Assembly: GCA_036338595.1 (NCBI GenBank)
Contig: JAYZBV010000012.1
Coordinates: forward strand, 1 to 35,018
DNA: 35,018 nt
Direction: 5' to 3'
Source: Planctomycetota bacterium
GTDB taxonomy: Bacteria; Planctomycetota; UBA8108; UBA1146
Positions 18,530 through 27,425 of the stretch are shown here, in pieces. The translations under genes were made by a program, and so were the position numbers. The notes under the pieces are model-generated. The model made no database searches, was not told the origin of the DNA, and saw only the letters and a program-made list of their open reading frames with translations. The stretch's first letter is position 1; each line of letters opens with the position of its first letter.

Positions 18530-19222
18530 ATGCCGACGCAGATCGAGCCGATTCCACGCTGGGGTGCTGTGCTGACGGTACTGATGCTGATCTTCGCCCT
18601 GTACTATGACGGCCCCATCACTTCCAGGATGCCTTCGGATGGAACAACATTCGGTGATTTTTATCACCTCCTTCGCGCTCTCGGCTACTTGCCAACCTGG
18701 CTCTTTTTCGGGTTTCTACTGGTTGTGTCGGGAAGCGCCGGCCACAGGAGAGCACGGAAGATGGCTGCCCTTGCCATCGTCTCCACGGCAGTTCTCTCGG
18801 GCCTTGCGACAGAGGTCCTCAAGATTCTAGTGAGACGCCCGGATCCCGGAATCGGTCCGGTGGCGTCCTGGACGCCGATCCCGATGGAGGGTGGCTGGTG
18901 GAATCCAGAGTGGTGGAACGGCGCAGATCTGTGCTTTCCCAGCGGGCATGCGGCAGTTGCATGGGGAGCCGCAATAGCGATATCGAGGCGCTGGCGCGGT
19001 GCCGCGCCGGTGATGCTGGTTCTCGCTGCCGGGTGCGCTGCAGGTCGAGTCGTGGCGAGGGGACATTATGTCAGCGATGTTGTCGCCAGTTTGCTGGTGG
19101 CGATGATCAGCAGTTTCATCGTCGAAAAACTGATCAGCCGAGTCCCTGAAAATGCCTCTGGCAGCGCACAAGTCTCGGACCTGGATCCAGATATTGGTGA
19201 AAAAACCTACCGTTCGCCCTGA
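18530..19222 (+). CDS. PAP2-family membrane phosphatase
   Basis: KILVRRPDP (C1-like), FPSGH (C2), GRVVARGHYVSDV (C3); start ATG 18530 just after the GT stop. Confidence 0.9.
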   Translation: MPTQIEPIPRWGAVLTVLMLIFALYYDGPITSRMPSDGTTFGDFYHLLRALGYLPTWLFFGFLLVVSGSAGHRRARKMAALAIVSTAVLSGLATEVLKILVRRPDPGIGPVASWTPIPMEGGWWNPEWWNGADLCFPSGHAAVAWGAAIAISRRWRGAAPVMLVLAAGCAAGRVVARGHYVSDVVASLLVAMISSFIVEKLISRVPENASGSAQVSDLDPDIGEKTYRSP

Positions 19223-19291
19223 CATTCTTGACATATATTCTGTTTATCACATGGTCAAATGTTGCATAGATGAGGAAAGCACGATCTAAGG

Positions 19292-19315
19292 GCCGATGGT
19301 GACGCTATCATCGGT
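19292..19315 (+). promoter_or_regulatory. Inverted repeat overlapping a -10-like TATCAT just upstream of the ArsR gene; putative autoregulatory operator
   Basis: CCGATGGT-GACGCT-ATCATCGG (8-6-8, one mismatch); TATCAT at 19306-19311 ends 7 nt before ATG 19319. Confidence 0.45.
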
Positions 19316-19318
19316 GCT

Positions 19319-19636
19319 ATGCAGGAAGCCAATCTATCACCACTACTTGCGATGCACCAACTGGAGCGGGCTAGCGATTGCCTGAGGACCCTGTCCCATC
19401 CAGTTCGGCTTCGAATCGTTCAATTGTTGATACGGGACCGATTCAGCGTCGGCGAGCTGGCAACAGAATGCGGTATCCAGAATCACATGGCGTCCGAGCA
19501 TCTGAGATTGATGCAGAGAGCAGGGATTCTGGTCAGCCGCAGGAGTGGAAGAAAGATCTTCTACTCGCTAGCCAAGAAAGACCTGATCAGGTTGATGGAT
19601 TGTATTGAACGGTCGATGTCAGATCAGCAGGAGTGA
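19319..19636 (+). CDS. ArsR/SmtB-family transcriptional regulator
   Basis: LRTLSHPVRLRIVQLL...SVGELA...SEHLRLM..AGILVSRRSGRKIFYSL winged HTH; three Cys. Confidence 0.92.
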   Translation: MQEANLSPLLAMHQLERASDCLRTLSHPVRLRIVQLLIRDRFSVGELATECGIQNHMASEHLRLMQRAGILVSRRSGRKIFYSLAKKDLIRLMDCIERSMSDQQE

Positions 19637-19664
19637 TCGTGCCCACTGGAGGCGGGAGGCCGGG

Positions 19665-21032
19665 TTAGAACCGGAATCCCAGCTGGACTGCCGCTCCTAC
19701 CTCGTTCTGATTCCCTGCCACGGCAACATCGACATGAAGTCCGAAGGGTGACACGCCGATTCCCACGGATGCAACATTGCGGTCGCCATCGTCCAGGTTC
19801 AATCGGTAGCCTCCACGGAGTTGCCCCCACCCTGCCAGATCCACCTCGATCCCAGCGGAGAGAAACTGATCCCGGGGAAGTTGAGGAAGTAGCCCCTCCT
19901 GGGCGATCAGGTCCAGATCGACCGCCACCGTCCACCACTCTTCCTGGCGTCCTGCTCCGAGATGAACTGTCGGTGTCAGATCCAGTGAATTTCCAGTGGG
20001 AGTCATGACTCCACTCATCGGGTCCAGGCGATGGCCGGCGTATTCGTGGGCGATGAGATTTCGCGCTGCCAGGCCCACAGTCCAGCCGTTCTCCAACTGC
20101 TGCGCAATGCCGACATCGAGATTGAAGTCCTCGTAATTCGAGATGTAATCATCGCTGTTGAAGCCACTCTCACTGGCTGTCTCATTGGAGACGCTGTAAT
20201 CAAAAAGTTCTAACCGTGTGAATTTGGGAGTCACTCCGACGGCGAGATCGCCGATTCGCGTGGAGATCGCCACGCCAATCTCTTTCCGGATTGCAGTGAT
20301 GTGATCGAGTGAGGATTGAGTCTCTGCGGGAGGCAGCAACTCCACTCCAGTCACCTCTCCTGTGACACCATCTACGGTGTAGGTGAGGTAACTCGCCAGT
20401 GCATCCAGTTGCGCTGGCGTGTTGTTGGCCAGGTTGTCGAAATCGACCTGATCCACTGCAGCCAGGAAGCCAGAGAGATAGTCTCCATCTCGATAGGCAA
20501 TCCTGCCGCCCAGTCGAGCGCCATCGATCACGTATACCTGCCAGCGAAACTGAGATTCAGAATCTTGACCCGAGTAGCCTGTGCTGCCTCCTGCCAGTAG
20601 TTCCGCACCGATGGCTCGACCACCAAGGTCGGCGAGCGCAGCGTTCAGATTGCCGAGATTGGAGATGACGGTGTTGCTGCTGGCCTCGCTGGGGCTGTTG
20701 TTGAACCCGACGATGCTAGCCTCAAGAGTGCCAAAGAGGTCCTGATCCTGGTAGACATCCAGTTGACCAAAGAGATCGTTGGGATCGGCAAAGCGTGCAC
20801 CGATGATGGGGAACTCCAGCGAGTAGCGGCGCTGTTCCTCTATCGAGAGCACTGCTGGATTGAAAAAAGCAGCCGTGGCAGGGTTGGCGACCGCGACTCC
20901 GGTGCCTCCCATCGCCATCGATCGGGGATCGAGTCCCGCCTGACCCGGAAGCTCCGGTGACAGCAACAGCAGTAAGCAGATCAAACAGAGCAATCTGGAG
21001 ACACCAGTTATTCCTGGCAATGGTTGTGACAT
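19665..21032 (-). CDS. TraF_2/FadL-like outer-membrane beta-barrel protein
   Basis: Signal peptide, plug motif SMAMGGTGVA....A.FFNPA, amphipathic beta-strands, C-terminal QLGFRF (Bam signal); RBS AAGGAAG. Confidence 0.78.
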   Translation of the reverse strand: MSQPLPGITGVSRLLCLICLLLLLSPELPGQAGLDPRSMAMGGTGVAVANPATAAFFNPAVLSIEEQRRYSLEFPIIGARFADPNDLFGQLDVYQDQDLFGTLEASIVGFNNSPSEASSNTVISNLGNLNAALADLGGRAIGAELLAGGSTGYSGQDSESQFRWQVYVIDGARLGGRIAYRDGDYLSGFLAAVDQVDFDNLANNTPAQLDALASYLTYTVDGVTGEVTGVELLPPAETQSSLDHITAIRKEIGVAISTRIGDLAVGVTPKFTRLELFDYSVSNETASESGFNSDDYISNYEDFNLDVGIAQQLENGWTVGLAARNLIAHEYAGHRLDPMSGVMTPTGNSLDLTPTVHLGAGRQEEWWTVAVDLDLIAQEGLLPQLPRDQFLSAGIEVDLAGWGQLRGGYRLNLDDGDRNVASVGIGVSPFGLHVDVAVAGNQNEVGAAVQLGFRF

Positions 21033-21309
21033 CTTGAACTTCCTTATTGATGTGGTGGTGATGAGGCGAGGCGATGGAACAGGCTAGCATGGAGCCAGGG
21101 CAACGGAAACTTGTCCAGTTACTGCTGGATCGGCATCACCTCCCGCCCTGCGGCCTCTGCCTCATCTGAGGTATCTTCAGCCCATCCGGGTTGAACTCTA
21201 CTCTCCTGCATCACCGGAAGCCGCAGCATTATCTGGAACATGGAGCCAAACTCTCTGCCTCGACTGCACTTGCAGGGATTGGCATTAATTATCTTCCGAG
21301 TACTCTGCT

Positions 21310-21326
21310 CTGGCCCCTACCTTGCT
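21310..21326 (+). promoter_or_regulatory. Sigma54 (-24/-12) promoter upstream of the prenyltransferase-repeat gene pair
   Basis: CTGGCCCCTACCTTGCT: GG 21312-13, exactly 10 nt, GC 21324-25; matches YTGGCNNNNNNNTTGCW; about 50 nt before ATG 21378. Confidence 0.6.
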
Positions 21327-21377
21327 GGTGTACCAGCGAAACCCTGATAGCGGCCCGACTACAAGGAAGGAATTGCC

Positions 21378-22733
21378 ATGAAATTGCTCTCCGCCTCACT
21401 GACGGCACTGATGCTCGCTCTCCTGATGGGGTGCGTCACGGTGCTGCTCGAATCGGCCACGAACAGCACCCCCCCGATCGCAGACTCCACCGATGGGACC
21501 CCCGGCACGGATGCCACCGCGGGAGATCCCACCACTGGAGATCCCACCACCGTGGCCGTGGCACGGATCGTTGCGCCAAAGGAGGACCTGGCCCCCTTCA
21601 TCGACGAGGCGCTCGACTGGCTGGCGAACGCGCAGCACGACAGTGGTGGTTGGGGTGCCGGATCCCATTCATCCCAGCAGATCCGGGATCCCCACAAGGT
21701 CCAGACCGATCCTGCAACGACAGCCTTCACCGCGATGGCACTGCTTCGAGTCGGTGGTAATCCCACCTCGGGGAAGTACAAGGATCACCTGAGAAAGGCC
21801 AGCGAACATCTGGTACGAGTCGTCAACGAATCCGATGCCGACGGGCCCACCATCACGACACTTCAGGGTACCCAGCCTCAATCCAAGCTGGGTCAGTTCA
21901 TCGACACATCGATGACGCTGCAATTCCTGTCGCGCATCCTCCCCAAACTCCCGGACTCTGATCCCCTGCATGCACAGGTAGATGCGGCACTCGACAAGTG
22001 CCTCGTCAAGTTGCAGAACTCCCAGAAACAGGACGGCAGCTGGGGAGGTGGTTCCTGGGCAGGAGTACTGCAATCATCGGTGGGCTGTTCCGCACTCGAA
22101 TGGGCGGTTGCTGCAGGGAAAACGGTCGATATGGATGCGCTCGACCGCGCCAGGGGGCATCAGAAGGACAACTTCAATGCAGAAACCGGTAGAGCCTCGG
22201 CGGATGACTCTGCAGGGATCGAACTGTACGCCTTCGCCGGATCCCAACGCGCTGCTGCCAGTGAAGCAGGAGCGGCTTTTCAGATCATCGAGAATGCGAA
22301 GAAAGAGGGGTTACTGGAAGCCGATGCCGAGTGCACCGCAGAAAACCTGAGATTGGTCGGAATCGATGCACCGAAGGCCACCACCCTTGCCAGTTCCTTT
22401 GCCCTGAGCAGGGCTCAGCTCAAGTTGCTCGACAATGAACAGATGTTGAGTGGATTTGGCAATAACGGCGGTGAGGAGTTCCTCAGTTACATGCTCACCA
22501 GCGAGTCCCTGGTGCTCCAGGGGGGCGACGCATGGCCAAAGTGGAAGAAAAAAATGCACACACGGATGGCCAAGATCCAGATCGCCAATGGCAGCTGGAC
22601 CGGACACCACTGCATCACCAGCCCGGTCTTCTGCACCGCAGCGGTCGTCCAGTGCCTGACCGCCGACCGCGACGAGGAGTTGCTCCGCGTCCTCAATGAT
22701 AGGGATGCCCAGAGCAAGCCTGAAGAACTGTAA
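21378..22733 (+). CDS. Prenyltransferase/squalene-oxidase-repeat (alpha6-alpha6 barrel) protein, probable lipoprotein
   Basis: Lipobox-like LLMGC; Thr/Pro/Asp linker (TAGDPTTGDPTT); QW-type repeats QHDSGGWG, QKQDGSWG, QIANGSW; C-terminal GHHCIT; RBS AAGGAAGGA. Confidence 0.8.
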   Translation: MKLLSASLTALMLALLMGCVTVLLESATNSTPPIADSTDGTPGTDATAGDPTTGDPTTVAVARIVAPKEDLAPFIDEALDWLANAQHDSGGWGAGSHSSQQIRDPHKVQTDPATTAFTAMALLRVGGNPTSGKYKDHLRKASEHLVRVVNESDADGPTITTLQGTQPQSKLGQFIDTSMTLQFLSRILPKLPDSDPLHAQVDAALDKCLVKLQNSQKQDGSWGGGSWAGVLQSSVGCSALEWAVAAGKTVDMDALDRARGHQKDNFNAETGRASADDSAGIELYAFAGSQRAAASEAGAAFQIIENAKKEGLLEADAECTAENLRLVGIDAPKATTLASSFALSRAQLKLLDNEQMLSGFGNNGGEEFLSYMLTSESLVLQGGDAWPKWKKKMHTRMAKIQIANGSWTGHHCITSPVFCTAAVVQCLTADRDEELLRVLNDRDAQSKPEEL

Positions 22734-22736
22734 CCG

Positions 22737-23864
22737 ATGGGTTGGAGCGTCTTCAGTAGCTGCTTGAGTCTCATCCTGGTGATTTCTCTGGGGGGATGTT
22801 CCACTTCGGATCCCACACCCGTAGTGGCTTCCCCCCAGCAACTACTCGAGCGTGCGTGCAACTATCTCTGGGCGCAGCAAGCCGAGGATGGTGGCTGGCA
22901 TTCCGAGACCCATGGCCTGCTCCGTTCCGGACAGGCATTGACGCCCTTTGTGCTCTTCACCCTGCTCAAGATGGCTCCGGATATTTCTCAGCAACATACA
23001 GACGATGTGGCACGCGCCATCGCATTCATCCGGAGCAGCGTCAATGACGATGGAGTCGTCGGACTGAGCGATCCAGATGTGGCTGAATATCCCAACTATT
23101 CCAGTGCCTTCGCCTTGCGTTGCCTGGTCGCCGCAGGCGATTCGACAGACCGTCACCTGATCGACCGGATCTGTCGATACCTGCAGTCTCAACAGTTTTC
23201 TCAGGAACGTGGATTTGATCGCGAGCATCCAGTTCACGGAGCCTGGGGATTCGGCGGCTCACTTCCACTGGGTGGATCGCCTGGCCATGTGGATATTTCC
23301 TATACTCGCCATGTTCTGGAAGCTCTTCGGGATGCGGACGCCATCGATTCGGGTATCGCATCCAGGGCTCAGTTGTTCCTCAAAAGGATGCAAAGAGATG
23401 GTGGCTTCTATTTCTCTTCCGTGGTGGAAGCAGCCAACAAGGGCGAAAGCATCCCTGCGCCCGAGGGCGAGGGGACCATCTACTTGCCCTATGCCACCGC
23501 CACGAGCGAAGGGCTACTTGCGCTGCTGGCGGCGGGTGTGAAGCCGGATGACCCCAGGGTGCTCATCGCGATCGACTGGCTCGATTCTCACCCCGACCTG
23601 GAGCACCCCGGCGGCATCCCCGAGGACCACCCTGATCGGTGGGGACAGGTGCTCTTCTTCTATCACCTCGCCATCCGTGGAGAGGTCGCCTTCGCTTCCG
23701 GAGACGGAGCTCGATTGCTGCAGCCGATGACGGAATTGCTGGCAGATCGACAAAGAGTGGATGGAAGTTTCGTCAATCCTCATGGCACCCTGATGAAAGA
23801 GGACGATCCGATCCTTGCCACAGCACTTGCGGTCACTGCACTGGGAGCTGCGCTCACTCCTTGA
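22737..23864 (+). CDS. Prenyltransferase/squalene-oxidase-repeat lipoprotein
   Basis: Lipobox LGGC; QAEDGGW, GAWGFG, QRDGGF, QRVDGSF repeats; starts 3 nt after the previous stop. Confidence 0.8.
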   Translation: MGWSVFSSCLSLILVISLGGCSTSDPTPVVASPQQLLERACNYLWAQQAEDGGWHSETHGLLRSGQALTPFVLFTLLKMAPDISQQHTDDVARAIAFIRSSVNDDGVVGLSDPDVAEYPNYSSAFALRCLVAAGDSTDRHLIDRICRYLQSQQFSQERGFDREHPVHGAWGFGGSLPLGGSPGHVDISYTRHVLEALRDADAIDSGIASRAQLFLKRMQRDGGFYFSSVVEAANKGESIPAPEGEGTIYLPYATATSEGLLALLAAGVKPDDPRVLIAIDWLDSHPDLEHPGGIPEDHPDRWGQVLFFYHLAIRGEVAFASGDGARLLQPMTELLADRQRVDGSFVNPHGTLMKEDDPILATALAVTALGAALTP

Positions 23865-23908
23865 ATCAGTCCCCTGGACTCATCCGGCACTCGATCCTCA
23901 ACGGTGCG

Positions 23909-25186
23909 TCACTCGTGGCGCAACGCCGAGATGGGATCAAGACCCGCAGCACGTCTGGCCGGATAGATCCCCGAGATGATGCCCACTGCCATCGAGATGG
24001 AGAGGGAAAGGGCCACGCTGGAGAGGGTGATGGCAGCACTCCAGCCGGTGAAAAAGGTCAGCACCTGTACCAGCCCGATCCCCACAAGAACTCCAACGCC
24101 ACCACCTATCGTCGATATCGTGGTCGTCTCGGTGAGGAACTGTGCGATGATGTGTCGCCTTCGCGCACCCAGGGCGCGGCGAACTCCGATTTCCTTGGTC
24201 CTCTCGGTGACCGTGGCCAGCATGATGTTGGCGATGCCGATTCCGCCGACCAGCAGCGATATCGAAGCGATCGCAACAAGAGCCATATTGAAGACCTGCT
24301 GCGTCTTCTGACGCTGTGATAGCACCTCCAGCGGAACCACCAGTTCGTAGTCCTTCTCGGGGTGGTTGCGTTCGAGCAGGCTGCCGAGCATTCTTGCCGT
24401 CACCAGGACCTGGTCGAGATCTACCACGGAGATGACTACCTGGTTCAATTCAACATCCGTCGCCTCGGAGGAGCCGCTACGACGAGTGATCGACCGGGTA
24501 CCGTGTCGTCTCAGTGCACTGCTGTAAGGGACATAGATCTCGGAGCTCTTGGCATCCACCGACAGTGCCTTTCTGGCATACCCGAGAAACGAGTCATCCT
24601 TGAGCACTCCCACGATGTAGAAGGTCTCATTATCGATATTGAGCCCAAAGCCGATCGGATCCTGGTAAATCCCCAGTTCCTTGAGCATCCCGGATCGAAC
24701 CACACAAACCCGTGACAACTTCTCATCATCGAGATGGGTCAGATTCCTTCCGACCGATGTATTGAGTTGGAACATATCCAGATGCTCAGGGGTGACCGCG
24801 TAGAGTGTCCCCTCCACCCGCTTGCTACCCTGCCAGACCGTTTTCTTGCTGACGTGAACAGGCAATGCTTTTTCGATGCCTGGAATCGTGTCGACGATCT
24901 GGCGGTGGTCCTTGAAGGTAATCCCGTAACTGCTGATCCAGTTACTTCGCTGGTTAGAAGTGTCCTGTACTTCCGGCTTGATCGAGTTGATGATGATGTT
25001 CTGAATTCCGAGTCGGCCGATCTCCTTGAGCAGTTCTCGTTCGGCTCCAGCACCCAGAGCCAGCATGGCGATCACCGATCCCACCCCGAAGACAACTCCG
25101 AGCATCGTCAACACAGTGCGCATCGGATAGCCGACCAGGCTACGCAACCCCATGCGGACCAGTTCCAGGTGCTTCTGCGGAATCAT
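23909..25186 (-). CDS. MacB/FtsX-type ABC transporter permease
   Basis: RTVLTMLGVVFGVGSVI; ISLLVGGIGIANIMLATVTERTKEIGVRRALGA; YPARRAAGLDPI. Confidence 0.93.
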   Translation of the reverse strand: MIPQKHLELVRMGLRSLVGYPMRTVLTMLGVVFGVGSVIAMLALGAGAERELLKEIGRLGIQNIIINSIKPEVQDTSNQRSNWISSYGITFKDHRQIVDTIPGIEKALPVHVSKKTVWQGSKRVEGTLYAVTPEHLDMFQLNTSVGRNLTHLDDEKLSRVCVVRSGMLKELGIYQDPIGFGLNIDNETFYIVGVLKDDSFLGYARKALSVDAKSSEIYVPYSSALRRHGTRSITRRSGSSEATDVELNQVVISVVDLDQVLVTARMLGSLLERNHPEKDYELVVPLEVLSQRQKTQQVFNMALVAIASISLLVGGIGIANIMLATVTERTKEIGVRRALGARRRHIIAQFLTETTTISTIGGGVGVLVGIGLVQVLTFFTGWSAAITLSSVALSLSISMAVGIISGIYPARRAAGLDPISALRHE

Positions 25187-25869
25187 GCGGCTCCCGCCTC
25201 GACGATGATTCCGTCTCGCAAATCGACCCTGCGCTGCGACCGATTGGCAACTTCTGGATCATGCGTGATCATGACCACCGACCGTCCCTGGTGATGCAGA
25301 TCATCGATCAGCGCCAGAACTTCGTCTCCGGTGGTTGAATCGAGGTTTCCTGTCGGTTCATCGGCCAGCAACAGCACTGGATCATTGATGAGAGCACGTG
25401 CGATGGCAACTCGCTGACATTCTCCACCCGACAGTTGCGTGGGTCGATGTTCGCTGCGGTCACTCAGACCCACTGAATCAATCACCTCGTGACATAGATC
25501 GGTTGTGGCTGCAATCGAGCGGGCTCCATAGAGCAGGGGTACCTGCACATTCTCGAAAACCGTCAACTGCGGAATCAGATTGAAACTCTGAAATATGAAA
25601 CCGATGTCTTCGTTTCGGATTTTTGATAACTCGTCATCGGAGTATGAAGACACATCTCTTCCATTGAGTAGATATGCACCATTGCTGGTGTTATCGAGGC
25701 ACCCGAGCAAATTGAGCAGGGTTGACTTTCCCGATCCGGAGGTACCCGTGATCGAAACATACTCCCCCTCTGCGACATCCAGATCGATACCCTTGAGCAC
25801 GTGGAGTCTCGGCTCGCATTCCCCGTAGTACTTGTGAACTCCCTGCAAGGAGATGATGGGAGCTTTCAC
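25183..25869 (-). CDS. ABC transporter ATP-binding protein (MacB/LolD type)
   Basis: Walker A GTSGSGKST, FIFQSFNL, LSGGECQRVAIARAL, LLADEPTGNLD, ITHD. Confidence 0.95.
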   Translation of the reverse strand: MKAPIISLQGVHKYYGECEPRLHVLKGIDLDVAEGEYVSITGTSGSGKSTLLNLLGCLDNTSNGAYLLNGRDVSSYSDDELSKIRNEDIGFIFQSFNLIPQLTVFENVQVPLLYGARSIAATTDLCHEVIDSVGLSDRSEHRPTQLSGGECQRVAIARALINDPVLLLADEPTGNLDSTTGDEVLALIDDLHHQGRSVVMITHDPEVANRSQRRVDLRDGIIVEAGAA

Positions 25870-27425
25870 GGAGAGGTTTGCCCTCGTCCTCGCGAACCTC
25901 GGTTACCGTTGCCCGATCCACCCCTCGGCCTGGATCCCCGCTCGACAGAACTATTGGGCGAGGGACTCTCTTCAACAACGGGGTCTGTTACTGAATCTGG
26001 CTTGTAGAGCAAGACATGCTGGCCTTCTTCGAGTCCATCGATGATCTCCAGAAAGCTGTCGTTGGATCTACCCACGGTCACCTCGGCCCTCGCACTGCCG
26101 CTGGCACCATCGAGGAAGCAGTAGTATTTCCCCGCCGCTGCATGGACCGCTTGAAGGGGTACATACAGGATGTCTTCCAGATCTGCAGTATGAATCTCTA
26201 CCTCGGCCGAGGTACCTGGCTTCAACTCAAGATCGTTGCCCTGCAAGCTGACCTCGACCTTGAAGCGTCGAATCTGATCTCCCCAGCGCCGATTCCCGGC
26301 ATTGGCAACGGAATCGATCTTGATGACCTCACCATGAAAAACACGATCTTTCTGCACATCAGATCGAGTCACGGCGCTCATCCCCTCGGCAATCTTGTCG
26401 ATATCGGCCTCGTGAATGTTGATCGACACGGCCATTTCCGCAGGGTCGGGTAAGGTCAAGATGACTCGGTTGAAATAAACATTCTCTCCCACCCGGATGT
26501 CTTCTGCTTCCCAGGAGCGATCGGGATTGCCGTAGAAGACGACGCCTCCGCTGGGAGCAACGATGGTCATACGCTCGATATCGTACAGTTCACGCTCCAG
26601 CTCTTCCTGGCTCTCCTGTAAGCGACGCTCATCCTGGCTGACTTTCACCAGTAGGCTTCCCATCTTCGTTTCCGCCTGCTTGGCGACTCGCTCGACACCC
26701 CTTTGAGCCTCAGTAACTGCAGCATGTTTCTGTTTCAAGCTGAGTGGCTTCTCGAACACCTTGTACAGTTCACGTTCTTGCTTGGCGGTCACCAGGCCTT
26801 CGCGTTTCTCTTTCAGATTGATGCGTTCCTGTTCGAACTCGTCCTGGGTGACGAACCCCTTCTCCAGCATCTGGGGCATATCTTCCCACAGCCCCTCCGC
26901 GCGACTGAGCTCCGACTCGGCCTTCTCTATCGATAGGTCCAGGCGTCGTTCCTCTTTCGGGATGTCCCCGGCCATCAACTTCTCACGTTCGACCTGCGCC
27001 ACCTCCAGTGACAGCTGTGCTTTTTCCGAGTCCGTCTTGTTCTGCTCCGTCTGAATCGCAACTTCTGTACGAGACGAGTTCAACTCGATCTCGAATCCGA
27101 TCAGGTTGTCCTCAAGATCATCGATCCGGCGCTGCGTCTCCTCTTTCTCGAGTTCGACAACAACGTCCCCTTTCTCGACCCTTGTCCCCTCTTCGATCAG
27201 CCATTCGATCGCCGTACGACCCTTGACCGCGGAGCGAATATGGACTGCATTTCGTGTCTTGAGGGTGCCACGCTCGGTCAGGGTGACCTTGAGAGAGCCA
27301 CGTCGAACCGGGGTACTTCCGCCGCTAGGGGTGTCGGTTCCATCGCCACCACCGAAGGTCAAGATCAGGATCAGCAGCAGCAGCAGCCCTCCGGCCCCGA
27401 TTGCCATCTTGGTCCGGTTCGTCAT
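25866..27425 (-). CDS. Periplasmic adaptor (MacA/HlyD-like membrane fusion protein)
   Basis: N-terminal TM, lipoyl half-motifs (EEGTRVEKGD; IVAPSGGVV), long coiled coil, LKPGTSAEV, GLEEGQHV. Confidence 0.9.
   Translation of the reverse strand: MTNRTKMAIGAGGLLLLLILILTFGGGDGTDTPSGGSTPVRRGSLKVTLTERGTLKTRNAVHIRSAVKGRTAIEWLIEEGTRVEKGDVVVELEKEETQRRIDDLEDNLIGFEIELNSSRTEVAIQTEQNKTDSEKAQLSLEVAQVEREKLMAGDIPKEERRLDLSIEKAESELSRAEGLWEDMPQMLEKGFVTQDEFEQERINLKEKREGLVTAKQERELYKVFEKPLSLKQKHAAVTEAQRGVERVAKQAETKMGSLLVKVSQDERRLQESQEELERELYDIERMTIVAPSGGVVFYGNPDRSWEAEDIRVGENVYFNRVILTLPDPAEMAVSINIHEADIDKIAEGMSAVTRSDVQKDRVFHGEVIKIDSVANAGNRRWGDQIRRFKVEVSLQGNDLELKPGTSAEVEIHTADLEDILYVPLQAVHAAAGKYYCFLDGASGSARAEVTVGRSNDSFLEIIDGLEEGQHVLLYKPDSVTDPVVEESPSPNSSVERGSRPRGGSGNGNRGSRGRGQTSP

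Noticed and set aside
21098..21116. GGGCAAC-GGAAA-CTTGTCC hairpin as a c-di-GMP-I riboswitch
   Set aside because: Lacks the GGCAAACC...GGACGCAAA core and the second stem; only a superficial resemblance.
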